Shown one piece after another: positions 25,879 through 35,255 of a stretch of DNA of 64,000 bases. A program made the position numbers and the translations under genes. The notes beneath the pieces are model-generated. The model made no database searches, was not told the DNA's origin, and saw nothing but the letters and a program-made list of their open reading frames with translations. Source of the stretch: Candidatus Latescibacterota bacterium (GTDB lineage Bacteria > Latescibacterota > UBA2968); the NCBI GenBank assembly GCA_965207885.1, contig OZ242311.1, positions 5,888,001 to 5,952,000 on the forward strand. The letters run 5' to 3'. Position 1 is the stretch's first letter. Each line of letters starts with the position of its first letter.

Positions 25879-27936
25879 TTATGACGTTTTTTTGCCGAAG
25901 GCACTGGCAAAGATCAGAAAATCGCTAAACCCAATCATGCCATCCCCATCCAGATCGAATCGCGCTTCATATCCTTCGTCGTCCTGACTTAACCCGAATA
26001 GTGCTACAAATTGCAAAAAGTCGGCAAAATCAACAGTGCCATCGCCATCAAAATCGGGTATAGGAGATTGAGGTATTATATATGGCGACATATCCCACAG
26101 CAGAATGATGCCATATAATGATCCGGAAGCGAGTATTTTTCCATCTGGCGAAAACGACAGGGAATGGCTATCGAGCAAGTGTCCTTCAAGAGTAGCGATA
26201 TTTTCTTTCGTTGCAACATCCCATAGCCTGACCGTGCCACCACTTGGTCCGGAAGCGAGTATTTTTCCATCTGGCGAAAACGACAGGGAACGGACTGAGA
26301 ACACATGTTTCAGAGTAGCGATATTTGTGTGTGTCTCAACATCCCACAGTTTGACCGTGCGATCATTTGCTCCGGAAGCGAGTATTTTTCCATCGGGTGA
26401 AAACGATACTGAATAGACCAAAGACTTGTGTTCAAGAGTAGCGATATTTGTGTGTGTCGCAACATCCCACAACTTGACCATGTTGTCACTTGCCCCGGAA
26501 GCGAGTATTTTTCCATCGGGTGAAAACGATAGCGAATTGATATAAGACGTATGTCCTTCAAGAGTAGCGATATTTGTGTGTGTCGCAATATCCCACAGCT
26601 TGACCGTATTATCGGCTGCCCCGGAAACGAGTGTTTTACCATCTGGCGAAAACGATACAGAACGGACCAAAGACGTATGTCCTTCAAGAGTAGCGATATT
26701 TGTGTGTGTCGCAACATCCCACAGCTTGACCGTATTATCGGCTGCCCCGGAAACGAGTGTTTTACCATCTGGCGAAAACGATACAGAACGGACCAAAGAC
26801 GTATGTCCTTCCATGGTAGCGATATTCGTGCGTGTCTCAACATCCCACAACCTGACAGTGCGATCCCCGAATCCAGAAGCGAGTATTTTGCTATCGGGTG
26901 AAAACGACACAGAATAGACCCGAGGCGTATGTTCCATGGTAGCGATATTTGTGCGTGTCGCAACATCCCACAGCTTGACTTTATCGTTACTTGCCCCAGA
27001 AGCGAGTGTTTTGCCATCTGGCGAAAACGATATGGAATTGATATAAGACATATGTTCCATGGTAGCGATATTTGTGCGTGTTGCAATATCCCACAGCTTG
27101 ACCGTATTATCGGCTGATCCAGAAGCGAGTATTTTGCCATCTGGTGCAAACGATAGAGAATTGATAAAAGACGTATGTCCTTCCAGAGTAATGATATTTG
27201 TGTGTGTCGCAACATCCCACAGCTTGACCGTGTCATCATTTGATCCAGAAGCGAGTATTTTGCTATCGGGTGAAAACGACACGGAATAGACCGTAGAAGT
27301 ATGTTCCAGAGTAGTGATATTTGTGCCTGTTGCAACATCCCATAGCTTGACTGTATCATCATTTGACCCGGAAGCGAGTATTTTGCCATCTGGCGAAAAT
27401 GATACAGAACGGACCAGACCTGTATGTTCTTTAAAGGTAGCGATATTTGCGCCTGTTGCAACATCCCACAGTTTGACCGTTTTATCCCATGACCCGGAAG
27501 CGAGTATTTTGCCATCTGGTGCAAACGATACGGACGTGATAAAAGATGTATGTCCTTTAAAAGTAGCGATATTTGTGCCTGTTGCAACGTTCCACAGCTT
27601 GATATTGCCATCGTTAGCTCCGGAAACGAGAGTCGTCCCATCTGGTGCAAACGATACGGATTCGACATGTGTCATGTGTCCAGCCAGTAGCGCGAGTTCA
27701 CGAGAGGTTGTCACATCGTAAATCCACACACCAACGGTACTTGCCACTGCGAGGCGTTGACCATTCGGAGAAAATACAATAGCCTTATCACTGCCGCGAC
27801 CGAGGCGTCCTTTGCCCAGACGGGCGATTGCCCCATTGGGTAAATGCCACTGCGGAGACGCATAGCTGACAGACAAGAGGCTGAGCAATGCAAAAAGGCA
27901 GATGCACAATCGGATTGGAAAGACGAAGGCTTTCAT
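25879..27936 (-). CDS. Secreted WD40-repeat protein (14 blades) with C-terminal EF-hand/dockerin-like module
   Basis: Signal peptide; LPNGAIARLGKG cap; 14 GH...SFSPDG...LWD repeats; DFDGDGTVDFADF and DLDGDGMIGFSDF. Confidence 0.93.
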   Translation of the reverse strand: MKAFVFPIRLCICLFALLSLLSVSYASPQWHLPNGAIARLGKGRLGRGSDKAIVFSPNGQRLAVASTVGVWIYDVTTSRELALLAGHMTHVESVSFAPDGTTLVSGANDGNIKLWNVATGTNIATFKGHTSFITSVSFAPDGKILASGSWDKTVKLWDVATGANIATFKEHTGLVRSVSFSPDGKILASGSNDDTVKLWDVATGTNITTLEHTSTVYSVSFSPDSKILASGSNDDTVKLWDVATHTNIITLEGHTSFINSLSFAPDGKILASGSADNTVKLWDIATRTNIATMEHMSYINSISFSPDGKTLASGASNDKVKLWDVATRTNIATMEHTPRVYSVSFSPDSKILASGFGDRTVRLWDVETRTNIATMEGHTSLVRSVSFSPDGKTLVSGAADNTVKLWDVATHTNIATLEGHTSLVRSVSFSPDGKTLVSGAADNTVKLWDIATHTNIATLEGHTSYINSLSFSPDGKILASGASDNMVKLWDVATHTNIATLEHKSLVYSVSFSPDGKILASGANDRTVKLWDVETHTNIATLKHVFSVRSLSFSPDGKILASGPSGGTVRLWDVATKENIATLEGHLLDSHSLSFSPDGKILASGSLYGIILLWDMSPYIIPQSPIPDFDGDGTVDFADFLQFVALFGLSQDDEGYEARFDLDGDGMIGFSDFLIFASAFGKKTS

Positions 27937-28198
27937 GTTTAATACTCTTTAAGTTGATTTGTGTAGCTGGCTGTTGCCTCCCTAAGGGAGCGCACACGAC
28001 TTGAATTGTGTTAGAAATGTATTTCGCAATAGCGCAAACTATACATCAGAAATACAAGTAGCAAGCTAAAAACGCATTACGGTGGGATGATTGTTATATC
28101 GACCAGTCATTATGAGTATCAGGATCATTGTTTCGCGCATTATGTGTCTCCCGGTATGCGAATGAATAATGTGCCGCTGAATCGCACATGTGCGCGTT

Positions 28199-29320
28199 TC
28201 AGTGTTTCGATTTTTTTCTTTTTTCTGTAAGTTCTTGTTCCATTCGACTCAGTTCGAGGTAGTGAATTGGCGGATAAGCCATTTTTGCGATTTCCAGTTT
28301 TTCACAAATTCTCAATATTTCCTCTGATAGATTTTTTACGCGTTCTGATAAATTTTGAAGGACGGGCTGAAGCCGCGAGATATCTACTTTTCGGGCAAAT
28401 TGAAATTTCAATGATCGGGAGGTGATGGTGATGGTATTGGGGGTTTCACGCCCGGGGTAGAATGTTTCAGTTGCTTTGAGTTGCCCAGATACAAAACTGT
28501 TTTCGGGGATCTGATTTACCAGTTGCTCATAGGTTTCGTCTTTTAACTGGAGCTTCTGAATTTGTACGGGGCGATCCGTTTCGCGCACGCGCACTTTGTC
28601 CGGTAAGATGGCGCCGTGTTCTCCACACGTTTGAACCTGTCCGTTGACTACGATCCAGAACATGGCGGGTCTGGCATCGAGGATCACACCTTCTCCGCGT
28701 ACGTGCTCCCGCGTGTGTCGCCCGCGTCCTTCAAAGGTTAAGATGGTTTCTGTGTCAGCTTGTCGATAATCTGCGTATGCCGCAGAGGGTGTGGCCATGA
28801 GGTATCTGAATGATTGCCAGATGCCTCCCATGTGCAATATGGGCAGGAATATCAGGAGCATAAGCAAAAGTCCGATTGACAGATAGCTTTCTCCCATAGA
28901 TCCAGTTTTGATTCTGTATTTCTCGCTGCCAGGGAAGACACAGGCCGCGGGATTGGGATAAAATAGGGGTACGCCGCTTTTGGTGGCGCAATCGGCGATT
29001 ATATGGCTCATATAGCCCAGAAGCAGGGCCGCGTAACACGGGATTTGATAGATGAGTAAGGGCCAGATCATGACCGATAGGGCGAGCAGACAGAGCAGCG
29101 AGTGTGTGATTGTGCGGTGTCCCCATTGCCGTTCGATGGGGATGGATGCAAACGGGAGCACGCGACCGATATAACTGCGCGGGGAATCTATATCCGGGAG
29201 CACGCTTCCTATGATAGCGCATGCGATTGCGGGAAGGTTGCGGTGAAGGGGCAGGGAGAAGAATGAAAAGGAGCCCGCTACGGTGAGTAGTCCAAATGCT
29301 ATATGTGTGGGTGCGGTCAT
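28199..29320 (-). CDS. YdjM-like membrane metal-dependent hydrolase with C-terminal extension (possible terminal frameshift)
   Basis: MTAPTH, GSVLPDID, GHRTITHS and SHIIAD motifs. Confidence 0.85.
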   Translation of the reverse strand: MTAPTHIAFGLLTVAGSFSFFSLPLHRNLPAIACAIIGSVLPDIDSPRSYIGRVLPFASIPIERQWGHRTITHSLLCLLALSVMIWPLLIYQIPCYAALLLGYMSHIIADCATKSGVPLFYPNPAACVFPGSEKYRIKTGSMGESYLSIGLLLMLLIFLPILHMGGIWQSFRYLMATPSAAYADYRQADTETILTFEGRGRHTREHVRGEGVILDARPAMFWIVVNGQVQTCGEHGAILPDKVRVRETDRPVQIQKLQLKDETYEQLVNQIPENSFVSGQLKATETFYPGRETPNTITITSRSLKFQFARKVDISRLQPVLQNLSERVKNLSEEILRICEKLEIAKMAYPPIHYLELSRMEQELTEKRKKSKH

Positions 29321-30162
29321 CGTTTGAACCTGTACGTGAAGAATCGTATGCCTACGAGTATCGCGCTGCCGATGCCGGCGAGTACATAGCCTTCCATGCT
29401 CCCGATGCCACGCATGAAGAATCGCGCTGCGACGACGACCAGCAGAAGCAATACCACGGCGAACGTAAGATCAATCTGGTTTCGGGCACCTGTGTGAGAT
29501 ACATGTCGTACAGTAGATCGGGTTACGGCGGGTTCTTTGCGGAGTCTTTCGACGATTTCGATGATGGCGCGCGGGTTGCCAGCACTTTGTTGCAAGATGG
29601 AGGTTTCGGTCATGTGGTAGTCTTCTATGTTGGCGCCAGCAGTACACTGTCGGATGAGTTTTTTGGCTTCTGGTGTGGATAAGGGTTCTATTTCTATGCG
29701 GTCGAATTTCCAGAAGTGTTTCTCGTAGGTTTTTACAATTTCGCGCAGGGCGGCTATGATGATGTATTTGCTGTTGAGTTTGTCGATTAGTCGCCCGATG
29801 GAGGGCGTTATGTCGGACAGGTCATCTACGATTAAGACGCATTCGTTTTTTGCCACTGAGTCGAGTACTATATCTGTCCAGGCTTGAATGGTTTCGCGGG
29901 TGTGTCGTTTTTTTATTTTTTCAAAGTCCTCAATGTGCGGATAGAGTTTTCCGCTTTTGTGAAGTTCTTCCGCAATATTTATGAGGGCTTCTTTTATTGG
30001 GGATAGGGTTTTTACTTTGAGTACATAGTCTGCATTGACTTGCGCGAGGAGATGGCTTTTGCCTATGCCGATGGGACCGATTATCAGGGTGTCGATGCGT
30101 TTGGATAGGTTTTCTTTAAGCAGATGGAGTTTTTCCTTTCGTTCTACTGACTGGTGTATCAT
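29317..30162 (-). CDS. P-loop ATPase with two C-terminal TM helices
   Basis: GPIGIGKS Walker A; LIVDD Walker B; AGNPRA; hydrophobic C-terminus; GGAGG RBS. Confidence 0.8.
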   Translation of the reverse strand: MIHQSVERKEKLHLLKENLSKRIDTLIIGPIGIGKSHLLAQVNADYVLKVKTLSPIKEALINIAEELHKSGKLYPHIEDFEKIKKRHTRETIQAWTDIVLDSVAKNECVLIVDDLSDITPSIGRLIDKLNSKYIIIAALREIVKTYEKHFWKFDRIEIEPLSTPEAKKLIRQCTAGANIEDYHMTETSILQQSAGNPRAIIEIVERLRKEPAVTRSTVRHVSHTGARNQIDLTFAVVLLLLVVVAARFFMRGIGSMEGYVLAGIGSAILVGIRFFTYRFKR

Positions 30163-30216
30163 GAGAAACGCCCTCCTGTATGGGTTAGAACTGAAACTTC
30201 GTGCCCTTCATGTAGG

Positions 30217-30231
30217 GCAAAAACCGTGCCA
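30217..30231 (-). promoter_or_regulatory. Sigma-54 (-24/-12) promoter
   Basis: TGGCAC-GGTTT-TTGC on the minus strand, ~55 nt upstream of the ATPase start. Confidence 0.75.
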
Positions 30232-30309
30232 AACAAGCTAAAAATCCGTAACTGCTTGCAGGAGAGCGTGTTTTTAAAAAATGCCCAAAAAAGGATATGC
30301 GGAAAAGTA

Positions 30310-30342
30310 TTTCAAATGAAACAGTTGGTGTTTCATTTGAAA
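30310..30342. promoter_or_regulatory. Perfect 14-bp inverted repeat, probable enhancer (UAS)
   Basis: TTTCAAATGAAACA-GTTGG-TGTTTCATTTGAAA, 80-110 bp upstream of the -24 box. Confidence 0.6.
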
Positions 30343-30442
30343 CAGTTGGATTAGAATGAAATAAGGGGATTATTAAAGAGGTTACACAAAAAAAGCCCTG
30401 AAAAACACAGGGCATGGCTGGAGGATGGGCTGGTTGGGTGTT

Positions 30443-30474
30443 GTCATCGCGGTATGGTGTTAGCCGCGATCCAG
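30443..30474 (+). repeat. REP-like palindrome A, copy 3
   Basis: GTCATCGCGGTATGGTGTTAGCCGCGATCCAG. Confidence 0.85.
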
Positions 30475-30509
30475 GAGGTTTTGGCTGACTGCTGACCGCT
30501 GATGGCTAA

Positions 30510-31310
30510 TTACCAGACAATTTCGTGGGCGTTGACGACGGGTCCTTCGAGGCAGACGCAGCGATAGCGGCGGTCTTCGGTGGGATATGTTTTGTATTCG
30601 ACTACGCAGCCGACACAGGCGCCAAAACCGCAGGCCATGTGGTTTTCGAGGGAGGCATAGCAGGGGGTGTTTGATTCGGCGGCGATGTGGGCGACGTGCG
30701 CCATCATGGGATGGGGACCGCAGGTGAGGATGGTGGTGTGGTTTGGGAGGGTGTGTTCGGCGATGAGTTCTGTGACAAATCCGCGGTGTCCTATGCTGCC
30801 GTCATCGGTGGCGATGTGAAGGGGTAGGTCGGCGGGTAGGAGTGCGGACATGTCGGGCAGGCGCGCGGTATTTGCCGCGCCCATGAGGTAGATCATGTCG
30901 GGACGGCGGTCGGGGTGTTCCCACGCCAAAAATGCGAGGGGGACGAGACCGACGCCGCCTGCGACGAGGAGGATGCGTTTGGTTTTTGGGGGGGCAAAAG
31001 GGTTGCCCAGTGGTCCGCTGGCGTCAAATTGATCGCCGCATTGGGCAGTGGATAAGCGTTCGGTGCCGGGTCCGATGACGTCGTAGATGAGGTCGAGCCA
31101 GCCGGCTTTGCGATCTGCGCGCAATACGCTGAAGGGGCGGCGAAGATATGGGGAGGAGCCAGGATCGGTCAGGATTTGCAGGAATTGCGCCGGGCGAGAG
31201 GCGGTTGCGAGCCGGGGCGCGTGCAGGCGCATGAGGTAGATGCCCTGGGCTATGGGTTCATTTTTTTCTACGATGGCAGATTCAGAGATGAAGTTTGGAA
31301 TTTCGGGCAT
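30510..31310 (-). CDS. pyrK: Dihydroorotate dehydrogenase electron-transfer subunit
   Basis: LRRPFS, GPLGN, AGGVG, CGPHPM, MACGFGACVGC...VCLEGPV; downstream of carB. Confidence 0.92.
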   Translation of the reverse strand: MPEIPNFISESAIVEKNEPIAQGIYLMRLHAPRLATASRPAQFLQILTDPGSSPYLRRPFSVLRADRKAGWLDLIYDVIGPGTERLSTAQCGDQFDASGPLGNPFAPPKTKRILLVAGGVGLVPLAFLAWEHPDRRPDMIYLMGAANTARLPDMSALLPADLPLHIATDDGSIGHRGFVTELIAEHTLPNHTTILTCGPHPMMAHVAHIAAESNTPCYASLENHMACGFGACVGCVVEYKTYPTEDRRYRCVCLEGPVVNAHEIVW

Positions 31311-31312
31311 TG

Positions 31313-33436
31313 TTACTCTGGTGGTTCAAAATTGATGGTTATATCTACCCACATGTCGCGCGGCGCGTCTTCGTGTATGCCGGGTTCAAAGGTGTATTGT
31401 TTTGCTGCTTCTACTGCGGCACTGTGAAATAGTTCGGGTCCCGAGGTTACGTGGACTTCGCCCACATTGCCGTTTTTTAAGATGAGCAAGCGCAAGAAGA
31501 CAGTGGCGGGTTTGCCTTCGGCTCTGGCTTCTTCGGGGTATTCGGGTTCAACTTCTTCTATGATCTGAGGTTCTTCATCGGCATCTACGGCTTCCATGAT
31601 ACCGCCTCCGATAATGACATTGGGTTTGAAGGCGGGTTTTGGAGGGGGTGTTTTTTGCGTTCTGAGCTTTGAGATATCAGGCGGGGTAGCCGTTGTATCC
31701 GGTGGTGCATCTGCTGGATCAGTTCGCGTTGTGTCGGGTTGCGTATCAGACGGTTGCGTTTGGGTGGAGTCTGCTGGCTCGGGCGGAGGGTCGAGAAATT
31801 TGCCCTTGAGTTTGTCGGTTGCAATTTTGCCGTATTGTGTGAGGGGGTATCGCTCCTGCACTTGTGCGTAAACGGTTTTTGCCTGTTCGCGCTGGTCCAG
31901 GTCATTTTCGTAGGTCCAGGCAAGGGCAAAAAGAGCCTTTGGGGCAAAGAGGCTGTTGGGATATTCGTCGGCTATTTGTTGGTAGATGGGTAAGATATCC
32001 CGTGTGGGTGTGCCTTCCGCGATGAGGTTTTCTGCTTGCAGAAATCGCGTTTCTGCCAGGGCATCATCGGCGTGTTTTTGATTGAGGCGCGTCCGAGCTT
32101 CAACGGCATAAGGTGTGTTGGGGTGTTGGTCGAGGAGCAGTTGGAAGTGTTCTCGCGCTGCGGTTTCATTTTTCAGGCTGTCGGCATAAATAAGTCCAAT
32201 GGCATAACGCACTTTGGGTGCCAGATCAGTCGTGTCGGTCAGGCTCAATACACGCTGATAAATACTCAAGGCTGAATCGGGTTCGCCGAGATTAAAGAGG
32301 TATAGTTCAGCGAGATCAAAAAGCGGTCCCAGTGCTTTTTGCGGGTCTTCGACTTTCTCGGCTTGTTTGGTATAGCGTTCGAGTGCTACGAGGTCTTTTT
32401 GCCGTTGTAAAGCCAGTTTGCCCTCGTCTGAACTTCGGTCTTCTCGAACGGCTTTTTCGAATAGTTCTTTGGCTTTTTCCAGATTTCTACGCGATTTTTG
32501 TTCGATGAGGCCCAGGCGATAAAAAGCTGCTGCGCTGTATTCACTGCGGGGGTATTTTTTCCCGATGTCGCTGTAGATTTCTTCCGCAGTTTCAACCTGA
32601 TCTTTTAGCTGGTATATACGCGCCTGTTCGAGGCGGATTTCGGCTTCGTAAATGCGAAGCCGTTTGATTTTTAATATTTTTTGGTACGCGTCCAGCGCCT
32701 CGTCGTATTTCTGCTGGCGCTTGAGGGTTTCGCCAATTTTGACGCGGGTTTCAAAATTTGTCCTGGTATCGGGTTTTGATTTTAGCACGTTTTCGTAGGC
32801 TTCAAGTGCTTCGTCGTATCGGTTCAATTCGAGGAGGTTATTGCCCACGCCTTGCCAGGCGCGCGCGCGCAATTTGTGCTTTTTGTCGAGTGTTTCGAGC
32901 AGTGCTTTATAGGATATGATCGCTTCTTCTTTGTTGCCCTGTGAGGCTTTCATTTCCGCGAGTGCCAGATTTGCCAGGCCGTACAATTCGGGATTGATTT
33001 TTTTGTCGAAGAGAGAAAATGTAGTCCGCGCTTCATTGGTGCGGTTCATTGCCCAGAGCGCGCGGCCCTGCCAGTAGCGCGTTTCGGGGATTAGTTCGCT
33101 TTCTGGGAAGAGTTTTTGCAGTTCTTGGAATTTGGTGAGTGCTTCGGTGTAATCTTCGCGCCAATAAGACGCTTTGCCGATGAGCAACAAGCTGTCGTCG
33201 AACCATTTGCTATCGGGAAAGTATTTGAGCACGATGGACGCTTTGAGTATGGCCCGCTGGTAGAGCGCGTTATAAGTCGCAGATGTTATTCGGCTGCCAG
33301 GGGTTTGGGATTCGACGCGTTTTTGCTCGGCTATACTGTACTGTTGTTTGGCGTTGTAAAAGGTGTTGTAATACACGCTTTTGCAGGATGCCAGACAGAG
33401 GAAGCAGAGGGATGTGATGTAGATGAGACGAGACAT
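31313..33436 (-). CDS. TPR lipoprotein (PorW/SprE-like N-terminus) fused to a TonB C-terminal domain
   Basis: Lipobox LASC; YYNTFYNA; many TPRs; Pro/Thr-rich linker; PEYPEEARAEG...AAVEAAKQYTFEPG. Confidence 0.7.
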   Translation of the reverse strand: MSRLIYITSLCFLCLASCKSVYYNTFYNAKQQYSIAEQKRVESQTPGSRITSATYNALYQRAILKASIVLKYFPDSKWFDDSLLLIGKASYWREDYTEALTKFQELQKLFPESELIPETRYWQGRALWAMNRTNEARTTFSLFDKKINPELYGLANLALAEMKASQGNKEEAIISYKALLETLDKKHKLRARAWQGVGNNLLELNRYDEALEAYENVLKSKPDTRTNFETRVKIGETLKRQQKYDEALDAYQKILKIKRLRIYEAEIRLEQARIYQLKDQVETAEEIYSDIGKKYPRSEYSAAAFYRLGLIEQKSRRNLEKAKELFEKAVREDRSSDEGKLALQRQKDLVALERYTKQAEKVEDPQKALGPLFDLAELYLFNLGEPDSALSIYQRVLSLTDTTDLAPKVRYAIGLIYADSLKNETAAREHFQLLLDQHPNTPYAVEARTRLNQKHADDALAETRFLQAENLIAEGTPTRDILPIYQQIADEYPNSLFAPKALFALAWTYENDLDQREQAKTVYAQVQERYPLTQYGKIATDKLKGKFLDPPPEPADSTQTQPSDTQPDTTRTDPADAPPDTTATPPDISKLRTQKTPPPKPAFKPNVIIGGGIMEAVDADEEPQIIEEVEPEYPEEARAEGKPATVFLRLLILKNGNVGEVHVTSGPELFHSAAVEAAKQYTFEPGIHEDAPRDMWVDITINFEPPE

Positions 33437-33441
33437 GGGAT

Positions 33442-35253
33442 TTAAGAAGTGTGAAAGTCCTGGAGTGAACGGATGCGAATTGTGCTGTTGTTTTTGAGTG
33501 ATTGGATGCCGGCTACAGCGGCGGCGGCTCCCGATAAGGTGGTTGTGTAGGGCAGGCCGTATTGAACGGCGGCTTTGCGGATTTCGGGGTCGGCGGCCTG
33601 GGATTGTTCTCCTGCGGGCGTGTTGATCATGAGAGATATTTCGCCGTTTTTGATGGCGTCGAGGATGTTTGGGCGCCCTTCCTGAATTTTGAAGATCCGA
33701 TTACAGGCGATGTTGTGACTTTTTAGAAATGCGCAGGTTCCCCCTGTGGCAATGAGGCGAAAGTCCAGGTCGGATAGTTGTTGGGCAATCGGTACAAGCC
33801 CTTCTTTGTCGCGGTCGTTGACGCTTAAAAATACGGTTCCCTCCTGGGGCAAGCGCACGCCTGCGCCGAGTTGTGCTTTTTGGAAGCTGAGGCCAAAGTC
33901 GGTGTCTATGCCCATGACTTCGCCGGTGGATTTCATTTCGGGACCGAGGACGGTGTCAACGCCGGGAAATTTGTTAAAGGGCAAGACGGCTTCTTTGACG
34001 GCGATGTGGTTGATGGGTACTTCCCGGGTAAAGCCCTGTTCTACAAGTGTGCGCCCGACCATTGCGCGGACAGCGACTTTGGCAAGGGGCACGCCAATGG
34101 CTTTGCTGACAAAGGGCACTGTGCGCGATGCTCTGGGGTTGACTTCTATAATAAATACGTCTTCGCCTTGAATGGCAAACTGAATGTTCATGAGGCCAAC
34201 GACATTGAGTGCTCTGGCCAGGGCGTGGGTGTGATTTCGCAGTTCATTGAGGTTGGTGTTGGAGATCTGATAAGGGGGCAAGACGCAGGCGCTATCGCCA
34301 GAGTGTACGCCCGCACTTTCGATGTGTTGCATGATGCCGCCGATGACGACTGCTGTTGGATCAGCTACGGCATCGACGTCAAATTCGTGTGCGTCTTCTA
34401 AAAATCGGTCGATGAGGATGGGGCGCTCGGGAGAGGCTTCTATGGCGTTGCGCATATAGGCGATGAGGGCTTCGCGGTCATATACAATTGCCATTGCGCG
34501 GCCCCCGAGTACGTAAGAGGGACGCACGAGGACCGGATATCCGATTTGTTCGGCTATGGCGATTGCTTCGTCGGTGCTTATTGCGGTGCCGTTTTCGGGT
34601 TGTCGTATGCCCAGTTCTTTGATGAGTGCGCCAAAGCGCTTGCGGTCTTCGGCCAGGTCAATGGCGTCGGGCGATGTGCCGGCGATGTTGAGGCCCCCGC
34701 GTTCGAGGTCGCGCGCGAGGTTGAGCGGTGTTTGTCCGCCGAATTGAACGATGACGCCGTCGGGTTGTTCAACATCGGCAATGCTGAGTACGTCTTCGGC
34801 AGTGAGCGGTTCAAAGTAGAGTTTGTCGGATGTGTCGTAGTCGGTGGAGACGGTTTCGGGGTTGGAGTTGACCATGATGGTCTCAAATCCGTCTTCTTTG
34901 AGGGCATAAGAGGCGTGGCAACAACAATAGTCGAATTCGATGCCCTGTCCAATGCGATTGGGACCGCCGCCCAGGATCATGATTTTTTGTCGATCGGATC
35001 GGATGGCTTCGTTGTCTGTCTCATAGGTTGAGTAGTGATACGGTGTATAGGCTTCAAATTCGGCGGCGCACGTATCTACGGTTTTGAATACGGGCGCGAC
35101 GCCGAGTTCTTTTCGCAAGGCGCGAACAGCCCATTCGTCACTTTGCCACAGGTGTGCCAGTTGGCGGTCGGAAAAGCCGTGTTGTTTGGCTTTGAGCAGG
35201 TCTGCGCGAGAGATACGCGATTTTAAGTCGTTGAGTGTGTGCTGTTTTGTCAT
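33442..35253 (-). CDS. carB: Carbamoyl-phosphate synthase large subunit, C-terminal part
   Basis: VDTCAAEFEA, GGGPNRIGQGIEFDY, RPSYVLGG, EVNPRASRT, MGS domain. Confidence 0.93.
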   Translation of the reverse strand: MTKQHTLNDLKSRISRADLLKAKQHGFSDRQLAHLWQSDEWAVRALRKELGVAPVFKTVDTCAAEFEAYTPYHYSTYETDNEAIRSDRQKIMILGGGPNRIGQGIEFDYCCCHASYALKEDGFETIMVNSNPETVSTDYDTSDKLYFEPLTAEDVLSIADVEQPDGVIVQFGGQTPLNLARDLERGGLNIAGTSPDAIDLAEDRKRFGALIKELGIRQPENGTAISTDEAIAIAEQIGYPVLVRPSYVLGGRAMAIVYDREALIAYMRNAIEASPERPILIDRFLEDAHEFDVDAVADPTAVVIGGIMQHIESAGVHSGDSACVLPPYQISNTNLNELRNHTHALARALNVVGLMNIQFAIQGEDVFIIEVNPRASRTVPFVSKAIGVPLAKVAVRAMVGRTLVEQGFTREVPINHIAVKEAVLPFNKFPGVDTVLGPEMKSTGEVMGIDTDFGLSFQKAQLGAGVRLPQEGTVFLSVNDRDKEGLVPIAQQLSDLDFRLIATGGTCAFLKSHNIACNRIFKIQEGRPNILDAIKNGEISLMINTPAGEQSQAADPEIRKAAVQYGLPYTTTLSGAAAAVAGIQSLKNNSTIRIRSLQDFHTS

Positions 35254-35255
35254 GG

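Noticed and set aside
26310-27668. 452-aa alternative-frame ORF and several antisense ORFs over the WD40 gene
   Set aside because: By-product of tandem repeats that lack stops in other frames.
17891-27936. Diversity-generating retroelement acting on the TPR or WD40 repeats
   Set aside because: No reverse transcriptase and no adenine-specific template/variable repeat pair were seen.
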